A stretch of 64,000 nucleotides of DNA from a virus (taxonomy: Duplodnaviria > Caudoviricetes), in the IMG/VR virus record IMGVR_UViG_3300032225_002400, positions 1-64,000 of that record; one strand, given 5' to 3'. The notes under the pieces are model-generated. The model saw only the letters and a program-made list of their open reading frames with translations, was not told the DNA's origin and ran no database searches. The translations under genes and the position numbers were made by a program. Shown here in pieces: positions 8,278 to 18,308 of this stretch. Positions within the stretch are counted from its first letter, which is position 1; every line of letters starts with the position of its first letter.

Positions 8278-9049
8278 AAATGAAACTGAATTAGAATTAG
8301 TAAAAACTTTTTCTGAAAAAAGAATTGGTCATTTTACTAAAGAAGATATGAGTCAATTAGTTGAATTAATGGCAAAATGGAAAGTTTTACTTGGAGCAGC
8401 AAATGAAGCAACAAGCGCAGAATTAGTATTAATATGTCAGTTTATATATGATAACTTTAAAAAGTTTACTCTTGAAGATATTAAAATTGCAATGAATTGG
8501 GCGATAAGTGGAAAAATAGATATGTCTTTTGTTAGTACTAAAAGTATTTCAGCTTTATATGTAAGCAAGGCTCTTCAATTATATGAAGAAGAAAAAAAAC
8601 TTATAATAAATAAAATTGCTGTAGAAAAAATAGCATTTGAAAGAAAAGAAAGTTTAAATAATTCTACCCCAGCAAGTGCAGAAGAAAAAGCAAATATTTT
8701 TAAAACTATCTTAATAGACGTTTATATTAGTTATAAACAAGAAGGCAAGTTTTTAGATTTCAAAGATTTTGTATATAACTGGATAAAAAATAATAAAATA
8801 TTTGTTCCATCTAAAAAAGATGTTAACGATGCCATGATATACGGTGAAACAAAAACTAGAGAATATAAACAATTAGAACAAAAAAATAAAAAAGAAGTTA
8901 TTAGTGTAACAAAATATTTTGAATCACAAGATGATGAGTATAGAAAGAAAAAGTTTGCAAGACAATATATAGTCATACAGTTTTTTGATAAATTAAATAA
9001 TTTACAAGAACTTTTAAACTATATCAAATTAGAACAATTTAAAAATTAA
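8192..9049 (+). CDS. Hypothetical protein, possible replisome organiser / helicase loader
   Basis: 285-aa helical ORF overlapping the Phg_2220_C gene in lambda O/P-like fashion; function inferred from position. Confidence 0.5.
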   Translation: MNNQIVKQKSQNSLNLSNKQNELIGSWIENETELELVKTFSEKRIGHFTKEDMSQLVELMAKWKVLLGAANEATSAELVLICQFIYDNFKKFTLEDIKIAMNWAISGKIDMSFVSTKSISALYVSKALQLYEEEKKLIINKIAVEKIAFERKESLNNSTPASAEEKANIFKTILIDVYISYKQEGKFLDFKDFVYNWIKNNKIFVPSKKDVNDAMIYGETKTREYKQLEQKNKKEVISVTKYFESQDDEYRKKKFARQYIVIQFFDKLNNLQELLNYIKLEQFKN

Positions 9050-9052
9050 AAA

Positions 9053-9346
9053 ATGAAAAATCAATTGGATGAAAAAAAACTTAAAAAAGCAGTTTTAGTA
9101 TTAAAATCAATGAATCACAAACTAAGACAAGAAATTGTAAAACTTATTGATTTAAAAAAAGAAATTACTGTAACTGAAATATACAAAAAACTTAAAACTG
9201 AACAATCTGTTGTTTCTCAACATTTATCTTTATTGAGACATGCTAAAGTTTTAAGCACAAAAAAAGAAGGTAGACGTGTTTTTTATACTGTTAATCATGA
9301 TAGAGTATTACAAATAAAAACTTTAGTTGAAGAAATATTAAAATAA
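9053..9346 (+). CDS. ArsR/SmtB-family transcriptional regulator
   Basis: 'NHKLRQEIVKLI...TVTEIY..L..EQSVVSQHLSLLR.AK.L.TKKEGRRVFY'. Confidence 0.88.
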   Translation: MKNQLDEKKLKKAVLVLKSMNHKLRQEIVKLIDLKKEITVTEIYKKLKTEQSVVSQHLSLLRHAKVLSTKKEGRRVFYTVNHDRVLQIKTLVEEILK

Positions 9347-9352
9347 TATAAT

Positions 9353-9523
9353 ATGACAGAAAAAGAAAATGCAGAAGATATTATATATTGGCTTAAAGAT
9401 GATATTAAATGCTTGTATATGGTTTCTGAAATAAAAAAAGAATTCAAAAACTTGTCAACAGAAAAGTTTATTTTTTGGAATAAAGTTCATGAAATTGTAT
9501 TAAATCATTTTATAAAAGATTAA
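9353..9523 (+). CDS. Hypothetical protein (not in track)
   Basis: 56-aa ORF MTEKENAEDIIYWLKDD... fills the gap exactly. Confidence 0.6.
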   Translation: MTEKENAEDIIYWLKDDIKCLYMVSEIKKEFKNLSTEKFIFWNKVHEIVLNHFIKD

Positions 9524-9525
9524 AT

Positions 9526-9801
9526 ATGAAAGAACAACATATTGGAAGTGGTAATAATACTGCTTTTCATATATCAAAACTTTATACAATAAGTAATATT
9601 ATATCTGTAAAAGATAATGCTGAATTTATTGATTTAAATGTTAAAATAGAAGTTGATTTAAGCGAAGTAAATGAAAAATATCATGAAATATTTGTAAATA
9701 TGCTTACAAGCAAGTATCTTGGAGTTGTATCTTTTGGCCATAATCCTTTTAGTAAATGCGAACCAATAACAAAAAAATACTGGTGGCAGTTTTGGAAGTA
9801 A
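9526..9801 (+). CDS. Hypothetical protein
   Basis: 91-aa ORF ending in WWQFWK. Confidence 0.65.
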   Translation: MKEQHIGSGNNTAFHISKLYTISNIISVKDNAEFIDLNVKIEVDLSEVNEKYHEIFVNMLTSKYLGVVSFGHNPFSKCEPITKKYWWQFWK

Positions 9802-9824
9802 TTAATAAATTAAATTAAATAAAT

Positions 9825-10049
9825 ATGAGCTTTTTTAAAAGTTTTGAGTTAGAATCAGGACATGAAGTTTTAATAATAAAAAACTTTGATTCTGAAAATA
9901 ATGTGTATATAACAGAAATGTTTATTGAAAATAAAAATGTTATTCAAACTGCAACAGTTTCTTTTGAACATGAACAAGAAAGAAATACTATGTTTGAAAA
10001 CTATAATCTAAAAAGTGCACAAGATTTTGCGAACTTTATGATTGATTAA
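9825..10049 (+). CDS. Hypothetical protein
   Basis: 74-aa ORF. Confidence 0.65.
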   Translation: MSFFKSFELESGHEVLIIKNFDSENNVYITEMFIENKNVIQTATVSFEHEQERNTMFENYNLKSAQDFANFMID

Positions 10050-10060
10050 AATTAATTAGT

Positions 10061-10354
10061 ATGAATTTAAAAAATGCAATAATACTATTTCTTATTACTT
10101 TACTTTTTTGTGTAGCATTTTATTATATAAAAGAAAATATTATAAAAACTAATACAAAAGTAATTACTAAAGACTACATTTATTATCAGACTGAAATAGA
10201 TTCTCTAAATAAACAAATTGATAGTCTAAATAATTTAAACTTTAATTTTCAAACTATTATTAGTAAATATGAAATGACATTAGAAATTTTAAAACAAGAA
10301 GACTATAAAACTGCTAATAAGTTTGAATTAATATTTAATAATAAAACAGAATAA
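10061..10354 (+). CDS. N-terminal TM, coiled-coil protein
   Basis: Hydrophobic residues 6-22, then heptad-like 'IDSLNKQIDSLNN'. Confidence 0.65.
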   Translation: MNLKNAIILFLITLLFCVAFYYIKENIIKTNTKVITKDYIYYQTEIDSLNKQIDSLNNLNFNFQTIISKYEMTLEILKQEDYKTANKFELIFNNKTE

Positions 10355-10391
10355 CTATCATTTTATAAAATATATTTTAATATAAATGTAT

Positions 10392-10399
10392 TAAATTTG
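10392..10399 (+). promoter_or_regulatory. Possible -7 box (TAAATTTG)
   Basis: Intergenic, upstream of the glycan-modification cluster. Confidence 0.4.
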
Positions 10400-10414
10400 A
10401 TTAAAAGAAATAAT

Positions 10415-10507
10415 ATGAAAAACTTTTTTTTTACAGCGCTTATTATTATGGTATGGGAATTATTAAAAGAATTAACTTATTGGCTTTATAAAAAACTAGA
10501 TAAATAA
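10415..10507 (+). CDS. 30-aa membrane peptide (not in track)
   Basis: MKNFFFTALIIMVWELLKELTYWLYKKLDK. Confidence 0.5.
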   Translation: MKNFFFTALIIMVWELLKELTYWLYKKLDK

Positions 10508-10512
10508 AATAA

Positions 10513-10995
10513 ATGCAAACTAAAAAAGAACTAGAAGATTGGTATGATAAACATGACCCGTGGGGGTATGAAACTAATAAAGAAGATACTACTCGTTTGA
10601 AAAAAATTTTATCTCTATTAGATAAAAAGTATCATAAAGCATTAGATATAGGCGCAGGAGAAGGATTTGTTGCTAAGCATCTTCCATCAAGCATGATTTC
10701 AGGTATTGAACTATCTGAAACTGCTAAATCTCGTTTTCCGGCAAATGTTGTGCCTATAAAAGAACCAATTGGTCAATATGACTTAGTAATAAGTACAGGT
10801 ACCTTATATGAACAATATGACCATAAATCAATATATGATATGATTATGAATTCTGCGAGTCATCATATTTTAATTGCTGGTATTAAAGATTGGCTAATTA
10901 ATTATAATTTTGGAAAAGAAATTAAAACTTTAGAATTCCCATATCGAGAATTTATTCAAAAAATAACTTTATATGAAGTTAGTCCTAGCTCATAA
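10513..10995 (+). CDS. Class I SAM methyltransferase, NodS-like
   Basis: 'DPWGY', 'ALDIGAGEG' (motif I), 'YDLVISTGTLY'. Confidence 0.75.
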   Translation: MQTKKELEDWYDKHDPWGYETNKEDTTRLKKILSLLDKKYHKALDIGAGEGFVAKHLPSSMISGIELSETAKSRFPANVVPIKEPIGQYDLVISTGTLYEQYDHKSIYDMIMNSASHHILIAGIKDWLINYNFGKEIKTLEFPYREFIQKITLYEVSPSS

Positions 10996-11491
10996 TATAG
11001 GAGACATACAACACCCAAATTACCATACAAGAGAACAAATACTCAATTGTAACACTTCAATAGGCTTTGATGGTATTTATTTTAATGTTTATGAAAACCA
11101 AGATGTTTTAAAAAATAAATCAGGAATATTATTTATAATGGGTAATTATATTGCAAAAGATAATTCTTTTGATTTAGAACATGTACCTAAACTTGAAAAA
11201 TATTGCAATTGGTCAGAATTAAATGAATTAACAAATAAGTATGATTTTGAATTAGGATGGCATACTTGGAATCATCCGGACTTAACTAAACTTACAAGAA
11301 GTGAAATAATAGAAGAAATAACACCGCCTTTTAAAATGAAGTATTTTGCTTACCCTTATGGAAACTTTAATCAATTAGTAATAGATTGTGTAAAAGAAAT
11401 AGGATATGAACAAGCATGGAGTGTTACTCAAGGCTCTCAAGACATCACAGATGTTGATTTTAAATATAAACAATATAGACCATACTTATGA
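10973..11491 (+). CDS. Polysaccharide deacetylase (CE4 / NodB homology)
   Basis: 'IGFDG', 'LGWHTWNHPDL', 'FAYPYG'. Confidence 0.85.
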   Translation: MKLVLAHNIGDIQHPNYHTREQILNCNTSIGFDGIYFNVYENQDVLKNKSGILFIMGNYIAKDNSFDLEHVPKLEKYCNWSELNELTNKYDFELGWHTWNHPDLTKLTRSEIIEEITPPFKMKYFAYPYGNFNQLVIDCVKEIGYEQAWSVTQGSQDITDVDFKYKQYRPYL

Positions 11492-12111
11492 CATATTCAT
11501 TAGTTATTTCATCTTTTAAATATGGGCATCTAGCTGCTCATGCCATAGAAAGCGCTTTATCTCAAACAAAAAAGTTTGATAAAATATATTTTGTAGATGA
11601 TGGAGTTGGAGATTGTGAGCATCTTTTAAAATTATATAATGAAGTAAATTTTACATTTAGAAGACATAATCTTGGTATAATAGAAAACTTTCAGGATATG
11701 CTAAATAAAGTTCAAACTGATTATGTGATGTTTCTTGGTGCAGATAATTGGTTAAGGTCTGATACACTTGAAAAACTTAGTGAGTTTAATACAGATATAA
11801 TAACTTACAATATAATAGTCACAGGGCAGCTTAGAGATGAAATATGTAAACAATACCCTAATACTACACATCATTATTTAGGTGAAATAAGATGGGTTAG
11901 AAAAGACCAACACCATGGCTCAATGTTGTATAAAGTTTTAAAAGCGAAAGAAGTAGGTGGATATGAAAAACATTTACCAAATGGAGAAAGAACTGATGAA
12001 GATTTTGCTTTATGGAATAAAATGAGAAAAGCAGGCGCTACAGTACAATATGTAAATCAAGAACTTTTATATTATAGAAGGCATAAACAAAACTTTAATA
12101 AATTCTCATAA
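11488..12111 (+). CDS. Glycosyltransferase family 2
   Basis: 'VDDG', 'FLGADN', 'EDFALW'. Confidence 0.88.
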   Translation: MTYSLVISSFKYGHLAAHAIESALSQTKKFDKIYFVDDGVGDCEHLLKLYNEVNFTFRRHNLGIIENFQDMLNKVQTDYVMFLGADNWLRSDTLEKLSEFNTDIITYNIIVTGQLRDEICKQYPNTTHHYLGEIRWVRKDQHHGSMLYKVLKAKEVGGYEKHLPNGERTDEDFALWNKMRKAGATVQYVNQELLYYRRHKQNFNKFS

Positions 12112-12743
12112 TGCAAGATTTATGTATACTTATTCCTACAATTAATAGAAAAGACCTATTAATGAATGCTTTAAAAATTTATTCTAAATTAATTCCAAAT
12201 ATTACAAAACTTATATTAGATAATGGAAATCAAGATATTCCTTGTGTTGATGATAATACTTGGGTTTGGAAAAGCGAACAAAATCTTGGCGTAGCAGCTT
12301 CATGGAACTTTTTAATATCAAAAGCCATTATTAATGATTTTAAATATTTTTTGATTCTTAATGATGATGTAGTTTTACAAAGAAATGAAAATGAATTAAA
12401 GCAGATATTAAATAAAGGAACAATAGAAAACTTTTATTTATGTAGACCTTTTTATAATTGGTCAAGCTATATTTTAACTAAAAATATTTATGAAAATGTA
12501 GGTGCTTTTGATGAAAACTTTAAAAAAGCATATTTTGAAGATAATGATTATATGTATAGAATGAAACTTGCACAAGTAAATATTAATTATGTTGATGAAC
12601 TAAATCCTGATATATACTTAAATAGTCAAACTATTGAAAAAAATCCAACATTAAGTGGGTATATTGAAAATAGAGAATACTTTATACAGAAATGGGGAGG
12701 ACCTCCAAATAGTGAAACTTTTAAAACTCCTTTTGGTAAATAA
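12111..12743 (+). CDS. Glycosyltransferase family 2
   Basis: 'ILDNG', 'NLGVAASWN', 'LNDD', 'GAFDENF..AYFEDNDY'. Confidence 0.88.
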   Translation: MQDLCILIPTINRKDLLMNALKIYSKLIPNITKLILDNGNQDIPCVDDNTWVWKSEQNLGVAASWNFLISKAIINDFKYFLILNDDVVLQRNENELKQILNKGTIENFYLCRPFYNWSSYILTKNIYENVGAFDENFKKAYFEDNDYMYRMKLAQVNINYVDELNPDIYLNSQTIEKNPTLSGYIENREYFIQKWGGPPNSETFKTPFGK

Positions 12744-12839
12744 TTATTATTTCTAATATAAATTTTATAATTTTATTCATATATTTTATATATAAAAATT
12801 TTACTTTATGATAAATATTATTAAATAAGTTAGTTAAAA

Positions 12840-13052
12840 ATGGTAAAAACAAAAAAACTTAGATTGTATACATGTAATTTTTTTCATGATGTAAAAAGAA
12901 AAGTTTTATGTATTGATATTTTTATAAATAACAAGTTAATTCATAAAGCTCAAATGATTTGTATAAATAGAAAAAATACAAAAGATATAATCGATAATTT
13001 TGATGATGAAATGGCTAAAGAAATTAAATCACTTGAACTAGAAATATTATGA
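12840..13052 (+). CDS. Hypothetical protein
   Basis: 70-aa ORF. Confidence 0.55.
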   Translation: MVKTKKLRLYTCNFFHDVKRKVLCIDIFINNKLIHKAQMICINRKNTKDIIDNFDDEMAKEIKSLELEIL

Positions 13053-13402
13053 TAAATAAATTGATAACTTTTTTGCTAGGAGCTTCACTATGTTTTTTAG
13101 GGATGTATTTTATAAATACAAGAAAAATAGATTCAGTTATAAAACAACTTAAACTTGAAAATGATTCATTATATAGAGCTAACTTAGTATTAGATTCTAT
13201 TGAAAGTAAGTACATACAAGAATTAAATAAAGCTAATTTTGAGGTTTTAAAACTTGAAAAAGAAGATAATGACATGGAACATAAAGTTTTAGATATGAAT
13301 AAAAAAATAATCATTATAAATAAAAAATATGAAAAAGCTCTTAATTACGCTGATAGCTTTGGCTCTGATGACATCAAAAGGTATTTCTCAGAACTTAAAT
13401 GA
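13049..13402 (+). CDS. N-terminal TM coiled-coil protein (possible i-spanin-like)
   Basis: TM then long coiled coil; overlaps the next gene. Confidence 0.45.
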   Translation: MINKLITFLLGASLCFLGMYFINTRKIDSVIKQLKLENDSLYRANLVLDSIESKYIQELNKANFEVLKLEKEDNDMEHKVLDMNKKIIIINKKYEKALNYADSFGSDDIKRYFSELK

Positions 13403-13745
13403 TTCTGTTACATGCATACCTAATTATCAACTCAGATTAGCAATAAATATAATTGAAAAAGGCAAGGTTACACAAGAAGAGCTAGACTCTACTAAACAGC
13501 TTGTAACTTACCTAAATACAAGAATATTCAAAAAAGACAGCATTTTAATGTTATATAGTCAAAGAGACATTAATTGGAAAAAAATTGATGATATTAATAA
13601 ACAAAAAATAAGTAATCTAAATCAAGTAATAAATAACTCAAATAAAATTATAGATATACAAGCTAAATCAATAAGAAGAGGTAAATTTGGCAAAATAGCC
13701 CTATTAGTCCTTGGATTTGGAGCAGGAATTTTTATTTCTCATTAG
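13329..13745 (+). CDS. Signal peptide plus C-terminal TM protein (possible spanin partner)
   Basis: MKKLLITLIALAL signal, coiled coil, C-terminal 'IALLVLGFGAGIFI'. Confidence 0.45.
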   Translation: MKKLLITLIALALMTSKGISQNLNDSVTCIPNYQLRLAINIIEKGKVTQEELDSTKQLVTYLNTRIFKKDSILMLYSQRDINWKKIDDINKQKISNLNQVINNSNKIIDIQAKSIRRGKFGKIALLVLGFGAGIFISH

Positions 13746-13773
13746 TACTTATATTTTAAAAAATAACCATTAA

Positions 13774-15015
13774 ATGAAAAAGCAAATTCACATGATTTGC
13801 CTGTTTGATTACAACGCAATAACAGGTTTTGCAACAGTATCAAAAAATCTCATATCTAATTGGAGAACAATTTTTGGTAATAACGTAAAAATAGATATTG
13901 TAGCTATTAATTATTTTGGAGAAGATTATAATGAAACACCGAATATAAGAGTTATTTCAGCAAAAATAAAAGATGTAGCAAAAGATGATTTTGGTAGATA
14001 TGTTTTCATGAAAAGCCTTTCTGATATTGATTATGATGTAATGTTTATTTTACAAGACTTAGGAGTTATTACTCCAATGGTTCCTCATTTAAAAAAGATA
14101 TATGATGATAAAAAAATAGCTAAAAGAAAACTTTTTAAAAGTATTTTATATTTTCCTGTTGATTTTTCATTAACTCAAAACTTAGTTGTTGGAATTGATT
14201 TTTTTAACCAATTAGCTACATTCACTGAATATGGAAAAAAAATGCTTTTAAATTTAAAACCTGAACTCAAACATAAAATTAAAGTAATACCACATGGTAA
14301 TAATATGAAAAACTACTACCCTATTAAAAATATAACAGAAAAGGCAGACTTTAAAAAACAATATTTTAAAGATAATGCAGATAAATTTATTGTAGGTTGC
14401 GTTAATCGTAATCAATCAAGAAAAGACATTCCTACTACTATTTTTGGATTTATGGAGTATTGGGAGACTCATAATAGAAATTCTTTCCTTTATTTACACA
14501 TGGACCCAAATGACCCAATGGGTTGGGATTTAAGAACTATATTAAAACAAACTCCATTAAAAGAAGGAATTGATTTTATGTTTGCTTCAGATAAAGATGG
14601 TGGATTTAAAGGAACATCTATAGAAGATATGAATAAGATATATAACTCATTTGATGTGTTTCTAACCACTGCGACTGGAGGAGGATGGGAACTAACTGTA
14701 ACAGAATCAATGGCTTGTAAAGTGCCTACAATAATACCAAAACATACTTCTTTTCAAATACTAGGAGGAGAAAATGCAGAAAGAACTTTTTATATAGAAA
14801 CTCTTTACCCTATTGTAGCTATGGTTGATAATATAATCAGATTTCAAAGTGATTTATATGAAATTTCAGATACTTTAAATTTAATATATAATCAATTACA
14901 AGACTCTAAATCAGAAGTTTATATTAAAATAGAAGCTGCTTATAAATTTGTTGAATCATTGGACTGGAAAGATATATCTAATAAATTTGCAGATGATATT
15001 AAAAGACTAGGATAA
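13774..15015 (+). CDS. Glycosyltransferase (GT-B, GT4-like)
   Basis: 'TGFATV', 'IPHG', 'VNRNQSRKD', 'YNSFDVFL...GGGWELTVTESMAC'. Confidence 0.88.
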   Translation: MKKQIHMICLFDYNAITGFATVSKNLISNWRTIFGNNVKIDIVAINYFGEDYNETPNIRVISAKIKDVAKDDFGRYVFMKSLSDIDYDVMFILQDLGVITPMVPHLKKIYDDKKIAKRKLFKSILYFPVDFSLTQNLVVGIDFFNQLATFTEYGKKMLLNLKPELKHKIKVIPHGNNMKNYYPIKNITEKADFKKQYFKDNADKFIVGCVNRNQSRKDIPTTIFGFMEYWETHNRNSFLYLHMDPNDPMGWDLRTILKQTPLKEGIDFMFASDKDGGFKGTSIEDMNKIYNSFDVFLTTATGGGWELTVTESMACKVPTIIPKHTSFQILGGENAERTFYIETLYPIVAMVDNIIRFQSDLYEISDTLNLIYNQLQDSKSEVYIKIEAAYKFVESLDWKDISNKFADDIKRLG

Positions 15016-15050
15016 ACTAAAAACCCATATAACATCTCGCTACATGGGTT
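15013..15050 (-). terminator. Rho-independent terminator (minus strand; may also serve the convergent + gene)
   Basis: Minus strand AACCCATGTA-GCGAGATGT-TATATGGGTT then TTAGTTT; 10-bp stem with one G-U pair. Confidence 0.7.
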
Positions 15051-15086
15051 CTCAGGAATCGGTGTGTGCCCCCACAGGGGAGCCAA

Positions 15087-15203
15087 TTACTTTTTCATCG
15101 CCTTATAGACTAAGTAGCCAATGCCTATCAACGCTAAAGTGTTGTGCACATTGTTACCACCTAACCAATTCGGAGACTTAATGTCTAAAAATCCTGTACC
15201 CAT
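15087..15203 (-). CDS. 38-aa C-terminal-TM membrane protein (not in track)
   Basis: MGTGFLDIKSPNWLGGNNVHNTLALIGIGYLVYKAMKK; A-rich start; own terminator downstream. Confidence 0.75.
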   Translation of the reverse strand: MGTGFLDIKSPNWLGGNNVHNTLALIGIGYLVYKAMKK

Positions 15204-15284
15204 GATTATTGAGTTTAAGGGGTTAAAAATAAAATTACCAATTCAAAAATAATATTTATTTTTATATCATAATAATTTATTTTA

Positions 15285-18200
15285 ATGAGTATGGAGATAA
15301 AAGTAGGAGATATAGGTATATTCTCAGGCCGTGTAGATAAAAAAGCTAAAGTTTTAAGAGTAGATGATACTTATGTCACTTATTTAGAAATTGATGAAAA
15401 TAAGAAAAAATATATTTATTTAGCAGATTTTAAAAAAAGGTTTAAAAAAGAAGGAGAAGGAGAAGTAAAGCAACAAAACAAAGAAATTAAAACAAAGGAA
15501 ATTTCTGATAATAAAAAAATTGAAAAGCCATCAAAGCCTTCGTACACAATAGTTGGAATATATTTATCTAAAGATAGAACAAATTATGAAGAAACAGAAA
15601 ATCTTAATCAAAAAGGTCTTTTAGGATATAGAATTAGATATAATAAAGAACCAAATATGTTTTTTGGAAATGTAAACTATTCTTTAGAAGATTTAGATGA
15701 GGCAAAAAAAAGAGTGGAGTATTCCAATGAAAATGCTGAAAAGCAAAAAGAGTTTAAGAAAATAAGAGACGCTGAGAATAAGATAAAAAGAGAAGAAAAC
15801 AAAATTATTGAGAAACAAAAACTTGAGACTGCAACTAAAGAAATTATAGCAAAACCAAGTTTTTTAATGACTTTGTCTGAATACCAAGAAAAAGTTGTAC
15901 CTATTTTATTACAATATCAAAAGTTTTTGAGAAAAAATAGTGAATACTTACAACCTGCTGATTATGAAGGAATTTATCAATATACATATCCTGAATTAGA
16001 GAAAGATTTTGAAAATAAGACAATAAAAGGTAGAAGATTTGCAATAGGTAAATATCAAGAAAATCCACTTGAAAATTTTAAAGCTTCACATTATCCTGAT
16101 GATGAAATAGTAGAGATGAATAAAAGTTTTGTGAATAAGCTTAAAAACTTTTTTACTGAAAGTGAAATTTACTCATTAATGTCAAAAGATGAGTATAAAT
16201 CAAACAAAAGAGCAGTTAAAAGAGCAATAGATAATGATACATACAAAAACCTATTAGAGTCTGAAGAATTAACAGAATCAGAACTTCAAAAAATAGCTGA
16301 CAGTGTAGACGTATCGATTCCAAAAAAAGTTTTTAGTGTAGAAAATGTTAAAATGAAAGAAATGCAACAAAAATTTGCAAAACTTTTATCAGATTTACCT
16401 ACAATTAATAAAGAACAATTAAATAAGTTAATTGAATCAATAAAAATTGATTTTAAACCACTTGAAGAAGAAGTATTCATAGAAGAAAAGTTGAAATACA
16501 CTCAAAAATTTAGAAAATTACTTGAAAAAGAAAAAGTTTATGTTTCATCTTTAGACATGACTATTAATATATGGGAAGATTTATTTTCTTATGATAAAAC
16601 TGGTTATGATAAAATAAAAACTGGTACGTATAAAACAAATTATTATACTAAACAAAAAGAAGAAATAATTGATGAAAGACAATATGTAATTGGTTTGAAG
16701 TTTAAATCAAATTGGGAAACTTTATTTGATAAATATTTAAAAAATTATACAGAAAGTTTAAAATATAGTTTTATTAATGCTATTATTAATAATTTTATAA
16801 GAATAACAAAACCAATAATAGAAATAGTTAAAATTCATATTGAATTAGGTGAAAGAGGTTTTGAAGGTGTTTATAGGTTTAAATTTGATGATGGAAGTTA
16901 TTTTGATTTCAAAGCAGAAGCAATTAGAGCTGGAGGGTATAATATACAAATACTTCATTTGAGATACATTACAAACTTTGAGAATATTACATTAGCAGAT
17001 GGAAGTAAAATTAAAGGGTATTATAATTTAATTGAAAACTTTAATATAAAAAGAATGAAAAAAGGCGGTTCATTAGGTGAAAATATTAAATGTGTTAATT
17101 GTGGTTGGCATTGGAATACAAATCAATCAGAAGAATACGACAAATATGTTTGCCACAAATGTGGTTTTGATAATACTACTTTTTATTCAAGCCAAATCAT
17201 GAAAAAAGGAGGAATAACACATGAAGATATTAAAAATAAAACTGATAAATATAAAGACATGTTGAAGAGACCTTCTAATTTGTTAAAAATATCTCAAATG
17301 CATAAAGTACCTTTATTCTTTTTACAATCTCAATTAATAAAAGGAATGAAAGTTGAATCAGAGCATACAACAAGAGAAGCTGTATCAAAAATTATTGCTC
17401 TTCATCATTTAGAAGAAGACCCTAGGTACTATATTAAACTTGAAAAAATAGAAGGTCATATAATGGCTGATGGTGGAAAAGTAAATAAAATAAAATATGA
17501 AATTAAAATAAAATCTCAATCTAGTAAAGGAAAAGAGTATGAGAAAGAATTTTATGCAAATGATATTTTATTAGCCACAACAGAAGCAAAATTTAAGGGT
17601 TATTCAACAAACCAATATGTAGGATATAATAATGCCTTGAGAATAGAATATTATTCTTCGTTAAATAAAACAGGCTTTAAAACGTTATTAGGTGAAGATA
17701 TTTTTAAAAATATTGATTTTAAAAAATACCCCTTTTATATATCTCATTTTAATAAGTTATCTTTAAAAGATATAAAAAATATGATTGATTATACTAATAA
17801 TGAACAAAAAATGTCTGATAGTGGAGATACTAAAAGTATTTTTTATAAAGGATATAAAATAGGCGATGATGGTATGTATAGACGAATGAATACAATGGCT
17901 AAAGGAGGAGAACTTGACCCAGATAATAAAGCTATTAAATCTGCTATGACACATAAAGCTGGTTCTGCTGGAGGATTATTAGTTGGTAATAGACATTCAG
18001 AAGGTGGAATAAAAGCAATAAATAAAAGTACAAATTCACCTATTGAAATGGAAGGCGGCGAAGTAGTTATAACCAGAAATGCTGTTAGTGATAATAAGAA
18101 AAGAGAATTTGAAGGCAAAATGATGACTAATAGAGAAATACTATCTAGAATAAATGAGTCTGGTGGTGGTGTTTCCTTCGCTTCTGGCGGTGATGTACCA

Positions 18201-18290
18201 TCTAGTTGTAAATGCTCTGGTAAATCGTATAAGTATGGTGGAAAAAGTGTATCAGATTATGATATTATAAATAGTATGAATAAAAATTAA
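15285..18290 (+). CDS. Large modular protein 1 (xxGG-delimited; Zn-ribbon, DUF5661-like and 'GNRHSEGG..EMEGGE' modules)
   Basis: 1001 aa; MKKGG x2, MADGG, MAKGG, FASGG separate unrelated modules. Confidence 0.8.
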   Translation: MSMEIKVGDIGIFSGRVDKKAKVLRVDDTYVTYLEIDENKKKYIYLADFKKRFKKEGEGEVKQQNKEIKTKEISDNKKIEKPSKPSYTIVGIYLSKDRTNYEETENLNQKGLLGYRIRYNKEPNMFFGNVNYSLEDLDEAKKRVEYSNENAEKQKEFKKIRDAENKIKREENKIIEKQKLETATKEIIAKPSFLMTLSEYQEKVVPILLQYQKFLRKNSEYLQPADYEGIYQYTYPELEKDFENKTIKGRRFAIGKYQENPLENFKASHYPDDEIVEMNKSFVNKLKNFFTESEIYSLMSKDEYKSNKRAVKRAIDNDTYKNLLESEELTESELQKIADSVDVSIPKKVFSVENVKMKEMQQKFAKLLSDLPTINKEQLNKLIESIKIDFKPLEEEVFIEEKLKYTQKFRKLLEKEKVYVSSLDMTINIWEDLFSYDKTGYDKIKTGTYKTNYYTKQKEEIIDERQYVIGLKFKSNWETLFDKYLKNYTESLKYSFINAIINNFIRITKPIIEIVKIHIELGERGFEGVYRFKFDDGSYFDFKAEAIRAGGYNIQILHLRYITNFENITLADGSKIKGYYNLIENFNIKRMKKGGSLGENIKCVNCGWHWNTNQSEEYDKYVCHKCGFDNTTFYSSQIMKKGGITHEDIKNKTDKYKDMLKRPSNLLKISQMHKVPLFFLQSQLIKGMKVESEHTTREAVSKIIALHHLEEDPRYYIKLEKIEGHIMADGGKVNKIKYEIKIKSQSSKGKEYEKEFYANDILLATTEAKFKGYSTNQYVGYNNALRIEYYSSLNKTGFKTLLGEDIFKNIDFKKYPFYISHFNKLSLKDIKNMIDYTNNEQKMSDSGDTKSIFYKGYKIGDDGMYRRMNTMAKGGELDPDNKAIKSAMTHKAGSAGGLLVGNRHSEGGIKAINKSTNSPIEMEGGEVVITRNAVSDNKKREFEGKMMTNREILSRINESGGGVSFASGGDVPSSCKCSGKSYKYGGKSVSDYDIINSMNKN

Positions 18291-18308
18291 AATTATAAAA
18301 TAAAAATT

